A stretch of 63,690 bases of DNA, filler included, from Asterionella formosa (lineage: Eukaryota), in the NCBI GenBank assembly GCA_002256025.1. It is 15 parts of 15 records of this genome, joined end to end, with 100 filler letters (N's around TTAATTAATTAA, not from the genome) between each part and the next. Parts side by side here need not be neighbours in the genome. Positions count along the whole stretch, not along the records: positions 1 to 16,644 come from NKIB01004785.1; 14 more parts are not named here. The stretch is one strand, 5' to 3'. The position numbers and the translations under genes were made by a program. Positions within the stretch are counted from its first letter, which is position 1. Each line of letters opens with the position of its first letter. The notes under the pieces are model-generated. The model was given only the letters and a program-made list of their open reading frames with translations. It was not told the origin of the DNA and did no database searches. This document shows positions 1-12,899 of this stretch, piece by piece.

Positions 1-468
1 GCATCATGATCTACTAAACTATCAAGGAATAAACCATTATCATAGTCATCGGCATCAAAACAAACTGTTTGAACGAAATCAATTGAACTTTCAAATGAAT
101 TATTTGAAACATCAACTAATTCAGTCTCGCGTTCAAAATTCATTGTGAAAACTTCACATGAAACAGTTAAAAGTAACCTTTTTTACGTGAAGAGTGGCAT
201 TAATGCATGTGAAGTACCACATAATTAACACTCGTACGTAGACGAAATTTCGAAAAGTCAAATGAATTATTTGAAACATCAACTAATTCAGTCTCGCGTT
301 CAAAATTCATTGTGAAAACTTCACATGAAACAGTTAAAACTTCACATGAAACCGTTAAAAGTAATCTTTTTTACGTGAAGAGTGGCATTAATGCATGTGA
401 AGTACCACATAATTAACACTAATACGCAGACGAAATTTCGAAAAGTGGCGTATTTCGCGTCTTAGATG
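1..468. mobile_element. End 'A' of an unclassified DNA transposon/MITE (terminus CATCTAAGACGC), containing a ~167-bp tandem duplication (about 91-257 and 258-445)
   Basis: Ends ...tatttcgcgtcttagatg at 468. The same sequence occurs reverse-complemented at 49962-50088. The tandem copy is directly visible. Confidence 0.6.
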
Positions 469-1639
469 TAGGATCTGTTGGTCATGGCTGATTGTTGGAT
501 GAGAAGCCATGCTTCCTGCAAATGGTAAAGAAAGAGATAAATATGTTAGAGTTGCACTATTGATAACAATGGAACACAGCCAAATCATCTTGGTTCTTAG
601 TACCATATTTTATATTGGTTTAACTTTCCGAATTTTGATGCCATGATACAGCAATTGTCAAGTAACAACAAAGGTAATTGCAAGAAGGAATCCCTATATG
701 ACTTTCACTATTTGCATAAGTTCAAGTTTACTGAAACCACCACAGCAGAAATGGCACCCAATGCTGCTGCAGGGACAAAGGGTTGGTTAGGTTTCAAGAC
801 TCATGGAATCCAACTGTTCGCTCGTTCCAGCAGTAGTCGACGCATCCTTCCATCAGCCACAGGTGAAATCCCTTCCTAAGCAAATAGTTCTGATTCTGCA
901 AGACAAGGCAAGGTCCAAAACGGAAGATTTTTCGTTGATTTTCGGGAGGCAATTTTCTGCAGGTGCTATGATAAAGCATTTTAGATTCTGATGAACAAGC
1001 TTTTTGTCATACCAAAAAAGAATTGGTAACACTGCCTTGGAAATAACCTCAATTATTCAGTGAATCTTGAATTTTCTTTTTCATGAGAAGCTTTAATTTT
1101 GGAAGGTAGGTAGAGATGTGATACTGTAGAAGTTCTAAAGCATAAATAATCACTTCAACCCAGAGGTCATAATCATCATTGCGTAAGCATGATTTTACAA
1201 TTATGTGGTGAAAGAATGATGATGGTACTAAAGAACCAGTCGATCATAAAATAAGGGCGCGGTCAACTGTGATCATTTCCTAATACAAATGTACCAGACT
1301 CCTGTAAAATGAACACACACACAAATGCTGGCGCGGTCTGCAGTGTTGTAACGTATCTACCCAGAGGACTTCTAATTTTACCGCCCTTCAACTACCGTTA
1401 ATAGATATATAAGGAAAAAAGACTGGATTCGTGTTCAGGGTAACCGAGGTACCTGGTACCTGGTAGCTCTCGTAAGCGCTACATTGTGAATACTTATTTA
1501 GCTGAGATAATGCGAATCTTTTTGCTATAAAAAAATATACACAATGTAGTCTTTGTGATTGGCGGGAGCATCCTGCATCATGTTGTCTCAGCCATGACCA
1601 TGACAAAAATATCGGAGAACTCTACGAAAATTAGGAACG

Positions 1640-1930
1640 AAGCTTTCCTCTTTGTTGGTACGTATATCAAACACGACATAGACAATACAATCGTAAAAAA
1701 TATCTGAAATAACACTAGATTTGACAATGAAAATTAATGTCGTCGATGGCGCCGTTTTTATGCAATTTAGAAATGCACAATTAAAGAGACGACAATGTTT
1801 CTAAGAGATTCGACCATTTCAATGTAGCTGAACAATAAATAATACTACGACTATAACAATAGCATGATTATTTGAAGGACAAGAAGTGAAAATCAATATT
1901 TATTAAATGAGAATTGATTTATTGATTATA
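1640..1930. repeat. Diverged dispersed AT-rich repeat; related copies near 2480-2720 (+), 40800-40870 (-) and 48930-49075 (-)
   Basis: Shared blocks by eye, e.g. aaattaatgtcgtcgatggc / aaattgaagtcactgatggc / revcomp of gccatcggcgacttcaattt, and tttagaaatgcacaatt...gattcgac. Confidence 0.5.
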
Positions 1931-2049
1931 CAAGCAAATTGTTTAGTTATGGATGCAGGTATCAGTGCCGACAAAGCCATGTGTTATGTATTGGGAGTTG
2001 ATACCAAAGGAAAATTTGAAAATGGAAAAAATAATAATTGAATCGATAT

Positions 2050-2267
2050 TAGCATAATTTTGCCATCATACTGTAGCAACGGCTAGTTGGTGAGTGAATA
2101 TTGTTGAAAACACACATAATTATTGGTTTAATCGCATAATTATTCGATAAGGGAAATAAATGTTGTTTTAGAATAGATAAATTACCCCAATAAATTTTGA
2201 AAAAGTAGCATAAACAAGCCACTTTAGACATAAATTCGAAAAAGCGCCGTAAACGGCGTCTTAGATG
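2050..2267. mobile_element. End 'B' of the same CATCTAAGACGC-terminated DNA transposon family
   Basis: Ends aaagcgccgtaaacggcgtcttagatg. It is homologous to 52750-53020, and its terminal ~35 bp is an imperfect match to end A. Confidence 0.6.
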
Positions 2268-4417
2268 TAGAACCTACACAAATTATTACCATTGTAGAAC
2301 TAGGTACAAACGTGTACGGACACACTCTAGAAATTTCAATTGATGCCATCACGAAACCAGAAAACATAAATAATCAATATGTTATCTCAGCCTTGACCAT
2401 GCTGATGAAAATATTAAATATCTTGATGAAACTCCGATGTTTTCCTATTTGGTGCATATATAAAGCACGACGTAGATAATAGAATCGCGCGTAAAAAGAG
2501 CCATTCTAATAACACCAATATTGAAAACGAAAATTGAAGTCACTGATGGCCAATTTTTCAAGAAATTTAGAGATGAACAATTCGAAATGACTGTTTCAAA
2601 CCGATTTGACACTTTCATAATAGCTGCATGATGAATGTGACGATAAAATAATAACATGATTAATTGAAGCAAAAGATATAAAATAAGGTTTTTTATCAAA
2701 TTAGAATTGATTGATTCTATTGGCAATTTTTGTGGTCGCGGAAGCAGGTATTTTGTTTCCGAAGGACGATGCACAGAAGCATTACAGATTGGTAGCTACA
2801 CAAGTTCAGGATAAAAGCCCATCTTACTAAGGATCTCAGAAGCAGAAAGTTAAAGGACAATATTAGTAACAAAATTGATTCTGAGGAGGGAATGATGGAA
2901 GCTTGATGATGAGATTTCAGAATAGTTTACCGGTATACTAGCTACCTTCATTAGTCGATAGCCACAATTAAAGATACATTTATACTACGTACATACATAC
3001 AATATAATGATAGTTATATCGGACAGTTGGTATGATGATAACTCCAACAAATTTGAAACCGTAAATTAATATATGTTGTGTTCATTACTTCAGCCGGAAT
3101 AGGAGAGCAATTGAGAGAAAAAGGAAGCAACGTTACCAAGACTTGCCTTAGGACTTGCATACTTTTGCTTACCATTCATTTGCATTTTGGCCATTTTCCC
3201 ACCTTTGACGTTTTCGCGTTTGGAAGAGTAAACTTAGTACAAAACCTACATCACTTAGTTATGGTGATACAGACGATTTCAAGCAGTGAATCATATTTTC
3301 TATTTGTGATGAATATAGTAGCCAAACGAGCCACCTGCCTGTCCGGCATCGCTCACACTGGTGCCCATATCAACAAAATTACCACAACCTGCACTCTTGA
3401 TATTTAACTAAAGGTGTCAGCAGGTTGTTGAGGTACTTATAGAGGTCAATGTCCTAGGATAGAAATCTTTTCGGGGAGCATTATTGCTGGTCATTGCTTG
3501 GTTACAGCAGTACTTCCTTTCTACCCTGGTGGGATATAATTTTATAAACCATTTAGTACCATGTTTGATTTAAAAATATTGCAGAGCTTAGGGGCGATCT
3601 TAACAGAGCTACAGTACAATTTAATTTTTATCTTAACAAAATATAAATTTCGAATCTTTGCAGAGTTACATTTAACAAATATTTCCCAGAAGTAATGGTA
3701 AAAAAGTTAGCTTTTCCTTAATCACGCTGTGTATCAGACTCAGCAAAAATAAAGCGATGTGCGCTTCCATTTTTTAACCTGTCTGATGATCATCATTTCT
3801 CCAACGACCATGAAAAATCTACCAGAAGAACCTGACAGTTGGGCTGTCATTTACACTCTTCCTTCAGAACAGGAAATACCAGACTAACAGCCACAGCTTT
3901 CTGTTCCTTTCAGCAGTTTTCTTATATCGGCAAGTCATTACAACATTCCTAATTTGCTTACTGTTTTGTAGCCGCATTGGAGGTTTTGCTAGAGTGTTTC
4001 ATACAAACAGCATTTTCACGTCAAGGGAGAACACCCGAGGAGTTTTGCTGCACAGTATTTATTACGCAAGCCAATATGATATGATCGCTCTCGCTTCGTC
4101 GTGTACATAAAACTAAAACTTTGATACTGTACTATGAAATATAACAGCACGATGGTTGGGGTTTCTATGCAAGATCGCGAGGGGAAACAAGCTCAACATG
4201 CTTGAGCCAAGGGTACGAAAAAGAAATCAAGGGAGGTCAACCTCATAATGACTCTTAAGTGAGAGCTACCTGAAGAGTACAAGGAAACGGCTACGTATCG
4301 CTGGCATCTCGGTCATGAACCCTTCCAATCATTTCTCTCTTGAACTCAAGATCTCTTCAGGTTGTGACATCTGCACGATAAGCCCACATTTTGTCAAGAA
4401 AACACATTGAGGAAACC

Positions 4418-5361
4418 ATGAAGCTCGCTATTTTTGCTGCCACCGTCGCCACTGCTGCTGCCTTCGTCCCTGCGAGCACCAGGCACACAAGCATTGTCAC
4501 CAATGCTGCTCTCAGCAATTTGGATGACTTGAAGGCACTTGCTACCAAGTCGAACCCTGTTCTCAAGGTAATTATTTTCCTTGACGAGCTTTCAAGAGCT
4601 AATTGCTCACCCTAGATTACTAGTGTATCTCGCATAATGTCGTGGCTTGAAACTGTGCTGACTTTTCTCTCTCTCTCTTTTGATGCTCATCACCAAAAAT
4701 AAAAACAATAGTACTACGACCCTCTGGAGCTAGCCAGTACCACAATCTGGGGCGAGACCAACGAGGCCTCCATTGCCTGGTTGCGCCATTCGGAGATCAA
4801 GCATGGACGCATTGCAATGGCTGCCTTCGTCGGTAAGTAATGAAATGAAATCCGGTGTGAATCCTCTAGAGCAGTTTCTTATTTATTTCCGATGTTATAG
4901 GTTACATTGTCCAATCCAACGGAATTCACTTCCCTTGGCCCATTTCCACTGATGGATCTCCATTCCCTTCGGCTGCTGGCTCCCCACCTGAACAATGGGA
5001 TGCACTTCCCCTTGCTGGAAAGTGGCAAATCATTTTGTTTATCGGTTTCCTCGAATGGTTCAGTGAATCCGCCGGAACTCACTACATGCGTGGAGGAGTC
5101 CCTGGTGCTTTTCCCAAGTTCAGTGACCACACCAGTTTAATCCCCCACCCTGTCCCCCTCAACCTCTTTGATCCTTTTGGATTCTCCAAGAATAAGAGTG
5201 CAGAGGACAAAGCTTCAGGCCTTGTGAAGGAGTTGAACAACGGAAGATTGGCTCAGATTGGAATTCTAGGATTCCTTGCAGAACAAAAACTGGAGGGATC
5301 GGTTCCTCTTCTCAAGGGACTTGTGGCTCACTATGATGGTGAACCAATGGCCCCCTTCTAA
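4418..5361 (+). CDS. Light-harvesting fucoxanthin-chlorophyll a/c binding protein (possibly Lhcq-type), plastid-targeted; exons 4418-4567, 4712-4832, 4901-5361
   Basis: Spliced product [18 protein letters not shown]...NPVLK|YYDPL...[31 protein letters not shown]...FDPFGF...[12 protein letters not shown]. It has the LHC helix 1 and helix 3 motifs, an AAAFVP signal and frame-preserving GT-AG introns. Confidence 0.95.
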
Positions 5362-6049
5362 GGAAAAACACGTTCGCGTTGCTATACGTGTGTTTATAAA
5401 CGCCTCTTACTAGGCTGGTGAGAGTGGTGCGTTTTTTGCTTTGTCGGGCATGTAAAGAATAGAGAACTCATGTACACTGGCACCTACGCAATTTAGTTAG
5501 ACTAGTAGGAGTACCAATTAGCAACATCGATCAACGTCCAATGACCTGTCATATCCCCATCAAGATCACTCTCTCGTTTCTTGATGAAAAGGGTCTGAAT
5601 CCAATTCCTTTCACTCTTCCACTTGTCATCCGCCGAACACACTACCGGGACCTCCCAGTACCTGGTAGGATAAACCAATTATTTGCTCTTTTTACCAATT
5701 CCCTTTCACGTTAACTAATTAGCTGATCCAATTGAAACGAAGTGTCCTTGTTTCCCGAAAACAATATCGCTATATCCAACTACCGGTACTTTGGATCAAT
5801 GTACTGTAACGATTGGTCGAGCAAGCCCATGTCCGCTAGATGCTAGCCAACAATGCAAACCAAACCTTTCTCTAGAACACCGATTATCATAATTTTCTGT
5901 ATATAGTTACAAGCTTTTCAGGGGATAAAGGTTGCTCTCCAGTTAATGGCCGCCTACAGACAAATAGCATTGCAGCTCGTACTTGTATCTCATGCCATAG
6001 CCCAACCGTTTACCACACACACACGCGACTCAAAAATAATATATATTCT

Positions 6050-6985
6050 TCAGCAGCAACTGGAGAATCCTCGTTGCTGCTCTGCAGCCGGAGCACTTCC
6101 CGAAGCCAAATTGACAGACTGAGAATCTTGTGTCGCGGCATTATCAGCCTTCGAAGGTAATGAAGACCCTTCCAACTCATCAATTCGCTTATGCTTTATA
6201 GTTGTCGCCAGTGCCATGAACATATTTTCAACGTTGTGACCTGTCAAGGCCGACGTCTCGAAGAATTGCACTCCATATTCTTCTGCCAAATTCTTGCCTT
6301 CATCGTGCTGAACCACTCTGTCGTTGTCCAAATCAGACTTGTTTCCACAGAGGACAATATCACAGTCAGGTGGAGCTCTCGTCTTGATATCTCTCATCCA
6401 TCCAATGACATGATCAAAGGATGGTCGATTTGAAATATCATAACACAAGACGAAACCATCAGCCCTTCCAAAAAAGTTGGACGTCAATGAACGAAAGCGC
6501 TCTTGTCCCGCTGTGTCCCACAATTGCAAGCGCATGGGCGCTCCTTCGACTTTCACCATCTTGTCTCTGTAGTCGACGCCAATGGTGGTTACAAACTTGG
6601 TCGAGAAGACGCTGCAGGTGAAAGGAGAAGGACATGTCAGTATTGCGTCAACAAATAAGGGGAGGAGTGCGCTCAGTCCACACTGCACAGGTGCGCCCCC
6701 TGATGGCAAGATAATGACGATCAAGAGCACACACGGAATCAATTAAGGTTTAGTTCCAACAGCGCACCATGGACCAAAGTATTTCTACGCGCATCGCCTC
6801 TCGTGGAAACTGTCGCAATTGCAGTACCGTAACGGCGCCTAAGGTAGTACCACTCACTTTTGATCGAATCTCAACACAAGCGACGTCTTGCCACAGGAAC
6901 TATCTCCCACCATGAGCATTCTCACAATGTAAGCGCCTTTGGCACCCATTTGCAAGGGTCGAGGTTGTCCACTGGAATCGGTCAT
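6050..6985 (-). CDS. Rab small GTPase (Rab8/Rab1-like, divergent); exons 6985-6858, 6611-6050
   Basis: Motifs GDSSCGKT (P-loop, exon 1), TTIGVDY, WDTAGQERF, GNKSD, ETSA and a C-terminal CC prenylation site. The intron GTGAGT...CAG joins AA|C in frame. Confidence 0.93.
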
Positions 6986-8026
6986 CGTTCCTTTGCAATC
7001 GTTGATGGAATTGAAATCGCTGTCACTCTCAAGGTGTAATTCTTAATTTTGCTAACAAGAATCAGTATACCGGGAGTTCCCTCTCTGTGTCAATTGTTGG
7101 AAGGGGCGTCGGGTCGAGTGGAGTACGCGGGTAGAAAGCCGTTAGTGATGTCAATATATATATAGATACGAATATTACATTATAATCGGTCTCAACGAGA
7201 ATGGACACGACGAGACGTTGACTATACAAGCTGGCCGACCGGCGGTTCGGAGGGGTGTCTGGCGAATTTCAGAATTCAGAAACACTTCGATTCGACTCAC
7301 ATACAGTTAATCCTTTGAATATTTGTCGATGGGGTCGTTGCTTCTTGCAATTGTGGAAACAATTCAATCTCTGGAATCTAGAGGTGTGGAAAAGAAAAAG
7401 AAAGGTGGATGGCACTAAGGCAGCGTCAAAAGATAGTACCTGGTACCGGTATGCGAACAAAAACAGCAATTCTACGATGTACACTATAGTGACGCGGGAA
7501 AACGGAAGATGATGTCGATGCTAAGTTTGGAAATCGGTAATGTATTCGAAGGGGTCGAGTTCTTGGGAGCGCCTGCCGAAGCAATGCGCGCCAAACCGAC
7601 GATAGCACCTTTTAGCGTTCTTTTCAATCCCTATTTTTTTCACGTGTCGTATGCATTTCTTCATGGGTTCGATTCTTATCGAAAATGATCCTGTATGCTC
7701 TCAGAAATAGTGGTACCGGTACCCCTGGTACCGGAGTACACTGCAGCAGTCTTGTATCGAAATCAGGTGGTGCTGCTGGACCAGGTGGCGACCCGGCTGC
7801 AGCGACAAGAATCAGCCAAGCTTGCTACCTTGCTCGTATGTATCAATCAAGGATTTCCCATCATTTCCATATCATGAGAGTGAGTGTGAGTTGTCACTAT
7901 CCATCGTTGTCTCAGATCCTTCAGGATATTGGAAAGGAACGATTTATTTCAGCATCCAAAGACCTGCCGTAGATGTTGATTGAGAACAACTAATAATACA
8001 GAGAATAGCGCTCTTGTTGTCTGAGC

Positions 8027-8599
8027 ATGACGCTGTTCTCAGACGGGCCTTTGCTTCGCCTTTGGTTGTTTGGGTTTCTATGCCCTTGTCATGAATCCGA
8101 CGATGAACATGTCGCCAGAATGGCGATTTCTGTCATTCACAAGATGCCCATTCAATGGATTGCCTGCGATGGGTCTATTCTTCATGCCACCTTGACAGTG
8201 GTGGATACCGAAACGTTGGGCCCATGTCTGCAGTTGTCGTGTACAGACGAGAAGCGACATGCCGTCGATACGACGCTAGGGAATGGTATGAACAGTCAAG
8301 AAATCAATGGCGCATTTTCAGCATTGATATCCTTGGATCACTTGGAACACATTTCGCTCAAGGACGACGACACCAATATCCGCATTCAGCTGCACGGAAC
8401 GTCCAACTCCCCTGGTTTGCTGCTGGAATTTCAGACAGACGACGATCCGGTTGACCTTGTCGAGCTCTTGACGGGCATTTGGCACTGGGATTGCATGCGA
8501 CGAGACGACGTGGAAGATGCTCGATTACGAGACGAAGCGGCCATGAGATGGCGAGAAGAACAACAACGTCTTGTGAACGACCAACAGTCGTTGACATGA
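8027..8599 (+). CDS. Hypothetical protein; the 5' part may include an upstream exon near 7695-7845 (structure unresolved)
   Basis: 190-aa ORF with coding-like composition between two real genes; no recognised motif. Confidence 0.5.
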   Translation: MTLFSDGPLLRLWLFGFLCPCHESDDEHVARMAISVIHKMPIQWIACDGSILHATLTVVDTETLGPCLQLSCTDEKRHAVDTTLGNGMNSQEINGAFSALISLDHLEHISLKDDDTNIRIQLHGTSNSPGLLLEFQTDDDPVDLVELLTGIWHWDCMRRDDVEDARLRDEAAMRWREEQQRLVNDQQSLT

Positions 8600-8895
8600 G
8601 GGACACTCCGATGCACGGATCTGATTGTTGCTCTGCAATTTACTCCATTTGAACCTCGTTCTTTTGGGGGAATCACAGCAGCAGAAAAGGACCACACTTG
8701 TTATTCGAATACTTCAAATGGTTTGGCAACGATGTTTCTCAAGATGGAAATACGAAGTAGCCCTGACATCAACGGCCGCCTTCGTGCAATATTCATAATA
8801 GCAATAGTTTCTTGGGAACCTTGGACACATTGAAAATTGTTGATTGAATGAACTAGCGAGGAGCGGGTTGTAGCAATCGTAGCTAAGCTCTAATA

Positions 8896-10143
8896 TTAAA
8901 TATCCACTACTTGTTCGATAGCATGCAGAGTTGAGAATGAGTTTGCCGAAGGTGTAACAAGGTCATCTTTGTCAATCATCCCATTGTCATTCTTATCCAA
9001 AGAGTGGAATATATTCCTCAAGTCATCAATGAATTTCTTGTCAACCTTCTGAAGGGCAACCAGCATGAATGTAAGAAACTCTTCCATATCTACCATACCA
9101 TCGTCATTGGCATCCATCTTGCGTAGGTCACAACGAGTAATGCTTCGACGAAGAAAAGCTTTTTCCGCCTGACGCGTTTTCCGTCGAATGTAGATACTGG
9201 CAATACGGCCCAGCACCTCTCCGAACACTGCTACAGCAAGTGGAAGGAAAAATACGCAATACAACTTGTCAATTTGAGTCTGTGGAGTATAGTCTCCAAA
9301 GCCGGTAGTGGTTGCTGACATAATACAAAAGTACATGGTCGAAGTAAATGACCATCCCTCTCTCCACCCAAGGATGAATGCAGCAGCAGCCACAACCAGT
9401 ATTTCAGGTAACTCTGTTCGCACAACTTGCACAATATCGTCCAACAGCGTAACGTGATCGCTGATGAATCCGTCAAGTCGACGAGTACTTAGTTCTAGCC
9501 TTCCTTGATCTTCCATTGCGTCAGGAAACAAAGTGTGCAGTATGGCTTCTTGATTTCCATTCTTTAGCTGCTTCATAGCCTTCGCCTGAGCCTCACTAAT
9601 GCTATGACCGATGATTCCTATAAATATCCCAAGGATGAGTACTCCATAAATGGCAAAGACGATCGTAAATAGTTGTCCAGCTTGAGTGGTTGGCTGTAGA
9701 TCTCCATATCCACATGTGGTGAAGGTCGACACCGCGAAGTATATGGAGTCAATAACTGTCCACTTCTCAAAGACGAAAGAAAAGGCAATGACTGCAATGC
9801 AAATGTAAATGGCCGTATATATTCCACACAAGCGGAGCGCATCACCGCCAACAGATTCGAAGTTGTAGAATTCTCTCGTTAAGCTTGGAATCTCCTGCTC
9901 GTCCGACGAACTAACAGCAAGAAGGCTACCATAGTCTGCCGATTCCCGTCGTTGCCTGGATGCTGTCCTCACGCTCTCGCTGCAATGGGAACCTCCGTCG
10001 TCCATGCAATGGTTATTGTTACCATTCTGTTGTGTCCAGCTGTCGCCGTTGAAGTGACTGGTTAACGACGAGGACTCAACATTCGGCAGCGAATCTGATG
10101 ATGGCCGCCGTGAGGTCCTCAACAATCCTCCGAAGATTACCAT
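8896..10143 (-). CDS. Two-pore (TPK/KCO-like) potassium channel with two C-terminal EF-hands
   Basis: Two pore loops (TTCGYGD, TTTGFGDY) with flanking TM helices; EF-hands DANDDGMVDMEE and DKNDNGMIDKDD. Confidence 0.93.
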   Translation of the reverse strand: MVIFGGLLRTSRRPSSDSLPNVESSSLTSHFNGDSWTQQNGNNNHCMDDGGSHCSESVRTASRQRRESADYGSLLAVSSSDEQEIPSLTREFYNFESVGGDALRLCGIYTAIYICIAVIAFSFVFEKWTVIDSIYFAVSTFTTCGYGDLQPTTQAGQLFTIVFAIYGVLILGIFIGIIGHSISEAQAKAMKQLKNGNQEAILHTLFPDAMEDQGRLELSTRRLDGFISDHVTLLDDIVQVVRTELPEILVVAAAAFILGWREGWSFTSTMYFCIMSATTTGFGDYTPQTQIDKLYCVFFLPLAVAVFGEVLGRIASIYIRRKTRQAEKAFLRRSITRCDLRKMDANDDGMVDMEEFLTFMLVALQKVDKKFIDDLRNIFHSLDKNDNGMIDKDDLVTPSANSFSTLHAIEQVVDI

Positions 10144-10879
10144 TGTAGGGTAGGGGATAGCTATTCCTTTTATTGAAAGTGCGAGAATAGAAAGTTACGG
10201 TAACTTTCTATTCTATATTAGTGTATGATACGTGGAGATGAAAGCTTTGCTTCACTACTACATAAAATGTTTGTGGTTGAAGTCTTAGGAGGAGCATTTC
10301 TTTTTCAAGCTCGCTATTCACGACAGGGTTAACAACTTTCATCGTCGTCATTATTAGCTTTGTGATTATAAAAATAATGATAACATAATTCTATAGTAAA
10401 TTGTGATGAGGACGGGATCAGTGTGAATTGGGCCATGATTTCAAAACCTGCTTAGTATGATGATGAATAATAATAATTGCTTTTCTTTGTTACTAGCCTT
10501 CCAGCTAGATCAACTGATTGACCTTCCTGTCAATTAACACTGTTTCCTCAATTACTAATACTAAAATTATAAGCTAAACTAATAAGTCAATTATATTTTA
10601 TAGTGCATTAAAGCTATCCAATAATTGCACTCATGCCCACTTGAATGGAAACAATTAGTACTTTCCGGTATAAGCAAGTTGTAACTTACCTTTAAGTCAC
10701 TGCCTTACATGAAGCACAACCTCCAATAATTCTCCATCAAGTAGCCCCTCCTTTTTATAAATTATTCAGAACATAATGGTGTATATAATGTATGTTCTAA
10801 CTGGTCTAGAATTAGTAGGTTAACCTGACTCGTTTTTTTTGTCGTGTTTTTCGAAAAATTGTGTGTGCCCCGATTGATG

Positions 10880-11560
10880 TTCAGTAGGCATAAGAAGAAG
10901 GATTTAACACCAGAGCAGCGACAGTCCATTGTCGATTGCTCGCTTTGAGACATCAAAAGGGATGAGATCAGAGATGATGAAATTGGATGACTGGCTCATA
11001 GTAAATCCGGGTGTTCAGCTCCATTTGATTAAAAAATTCAATGTCAGTAGAATCACAATTTATCGTATCTGGAAGCGCGCACTTGAATCATTCACAAATG
11101 GGGTTAGTGAATCATACAAGCCACTGTTCTGGAAACAATATAAGAGTGGACTGGTAGTACAGGTATCAAAAATTTTGTCCTGATGATATTATCATAGTAA
11201 GAACTGGCTGTCAAGTTGATTCCTCACCATCAGCGATGAACTTACCACACATTAGGGAGGAATCTTGGACTCTCAGACTCTCGGTCACTGCACTCTGTCG
11301 TTACACCAATTCAACCAAGAAAGAGGTGATACAGTCTCACACTAATGCAATCAAACCATTGCTAACACCTAACAATGCTTTGAATCATGTGTTTAATGCT
11401 ATTAATTGAATGCAATTGAACCGCCCTGATCAGGTGAATCATGAACCGTAAACTTCGTCATTTCTAACTTTCCAGAGCTGTTTGGAAGAAATTTTACTAT
11501 GTCATGGTGGTGACAACACATTGGAAAAGAAGCATTGGATTCAACTACATTCCGCCCCTT
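10880..11560 (+). mobile_element. Internally deleted, frameshifted Tc1/mariner (DD39D plant/stramenopile-type) transposase remnant
   Basis: Fragments KKDLTPEQRQSI, KKFNVSRITIYRIWKRA (HTH), IQSHTNAIKPLLT and SCLEEILLCHGGDN match the N- and C-terminal motifs of this family. The catalytic core is missing. Confidence 0.6.
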
Positions 11561-12443
11561 CGTCGGAAAAAGAAAAAGTTGCAACTCTAAATCCACGTTT
11601 GCTGTTGCATCTGACGCAGACTTCCAAGGAATTTTCCAATAACTCCCAAAGAAAATTTCCAGATTTCCCATGGTTGCCTGATGCTGGTCTACAATAGACT
11701 ATGAGTAGTGGCTACTATTGAGATGGGCAAAACTTGAATGATATTGAACAAGCTCATTCCTCAATGGTATAGGTTGCATTATCAAAGCTAAACAAGTGAT
11801 CTGATTGGTAGAAGTTCTGTCTGCATTTAGGAGTGAATGTCATACATTTCCCTTTCCGCAGTACCGGTACTCTACGGTAGTAGTGCGTTGGCACACCACC
11901 AAGAATGAATAGCCCTTTTCGTCAACATTAGCTCATACATTGGTAACGGGCACACCACCCTGAAAACTATTGAAGAAGATATTTTGATGATGATGAAACA
12001 TATGCAAGGAAAATCATTTTACTTTTCCGTGTTTGGTATGACGAAGGACACCAGCAAGTGTCAGTGATATGATGTTGGGTTTTTTTGTCAAGTGATGACA
12101 CCTGAAAGGTTGGCTGCGGGAAATTAATGTCAACTGGTATGCATATAACAACACTTTTTGTTGAATATTGTGACAACCAACATATTTATGAGAACATCAA
12201 TTGTTATAGAAGATCTAGCCTTCTTGGTAGGTTTGCACATTTGGTCAAGACTTACTAGTAGAACTGAGTACAAGTTAGTTTTAATATATTTCCATTAACA
12301 GCCAGTTGCTTCCTGTTGCATCGCGAACACCAATCATAAACTTGAAATAGTGCATTGCGCCGCTTCCTCTCCTGATAAATAAGTACCCTCCAGACAGCCC
12401 CAGCTAACCCAACTATGTACATGCAGATGATTATCCGCATTTC

Positions 12444-12899
12444 CTAGAATTCATCAGGAATTAAAGTCGGCTTGTTCTTGTTGGATTTTCCCCCTCTTTT
12501 ATCGTGAGTCCTAGCGGACATGGAGAAGACTTTCATGCTGTTCACTGTGCACAGCCCTCGACTCCAATAACCTTCCCCAACGATAGACCGTACGCACTTC
12601 TGAACGGCAAATGGCAGAGGATATTTGTGAGTAGAGACTCCATTACGATTCTCTTCTATGAGTTTAGTAATAGCAGCCCGGACTTTTTCTCTTAGTGAGG
12701 GGTCTTCCTGCTCTAGATCATCAAGTACAACACGAATGAATATGATCAGGTCCTTCTTTCGCAACTTTTCCCATCCTGGATTCGACGGATGAGGTAACGA
12801 GGCCTCCACGATTGATGATGTCGATACAGCCTCTGGAATTGAAGTGGCCAGGTTAGGAATACGAGGGGGCGAAGGCGCCATGTGATGAAGGCATTTCAT
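12444..12899 (-). CDS. Small uncharacterised protein with a helical domain of a family recurrent in diatoms
   Basis: 151-aa ORF; pattern LIIFIRVVLDDLEQEDP...I.KLIEENRNG...Y.PL...VRSIVGEGYWSR. Confidence 0.7.
   Translation of the reverse strand: MKCLHHMAPSPPRIPNLATSIPEAVSTSSIVEASLPHPSNPGWEKLRKKDLIIFIRVVLDDLEQEDPSLREKVRAAITKLIEENRNGVSTHKYPLPFAVQKCVRSIVGEGYWSRGLCTVNSMKVFSMSARTHDKRGGKSNKNKPTLIPDEF

Noticed and set aside
6612..6742. Hydrophobic N-terminus of the 230-aa Rab ORF in the ORF track
   Set aside because: It is translated intron; the true N-terminus with the P-loop is in the upstream exon 6985-6858.
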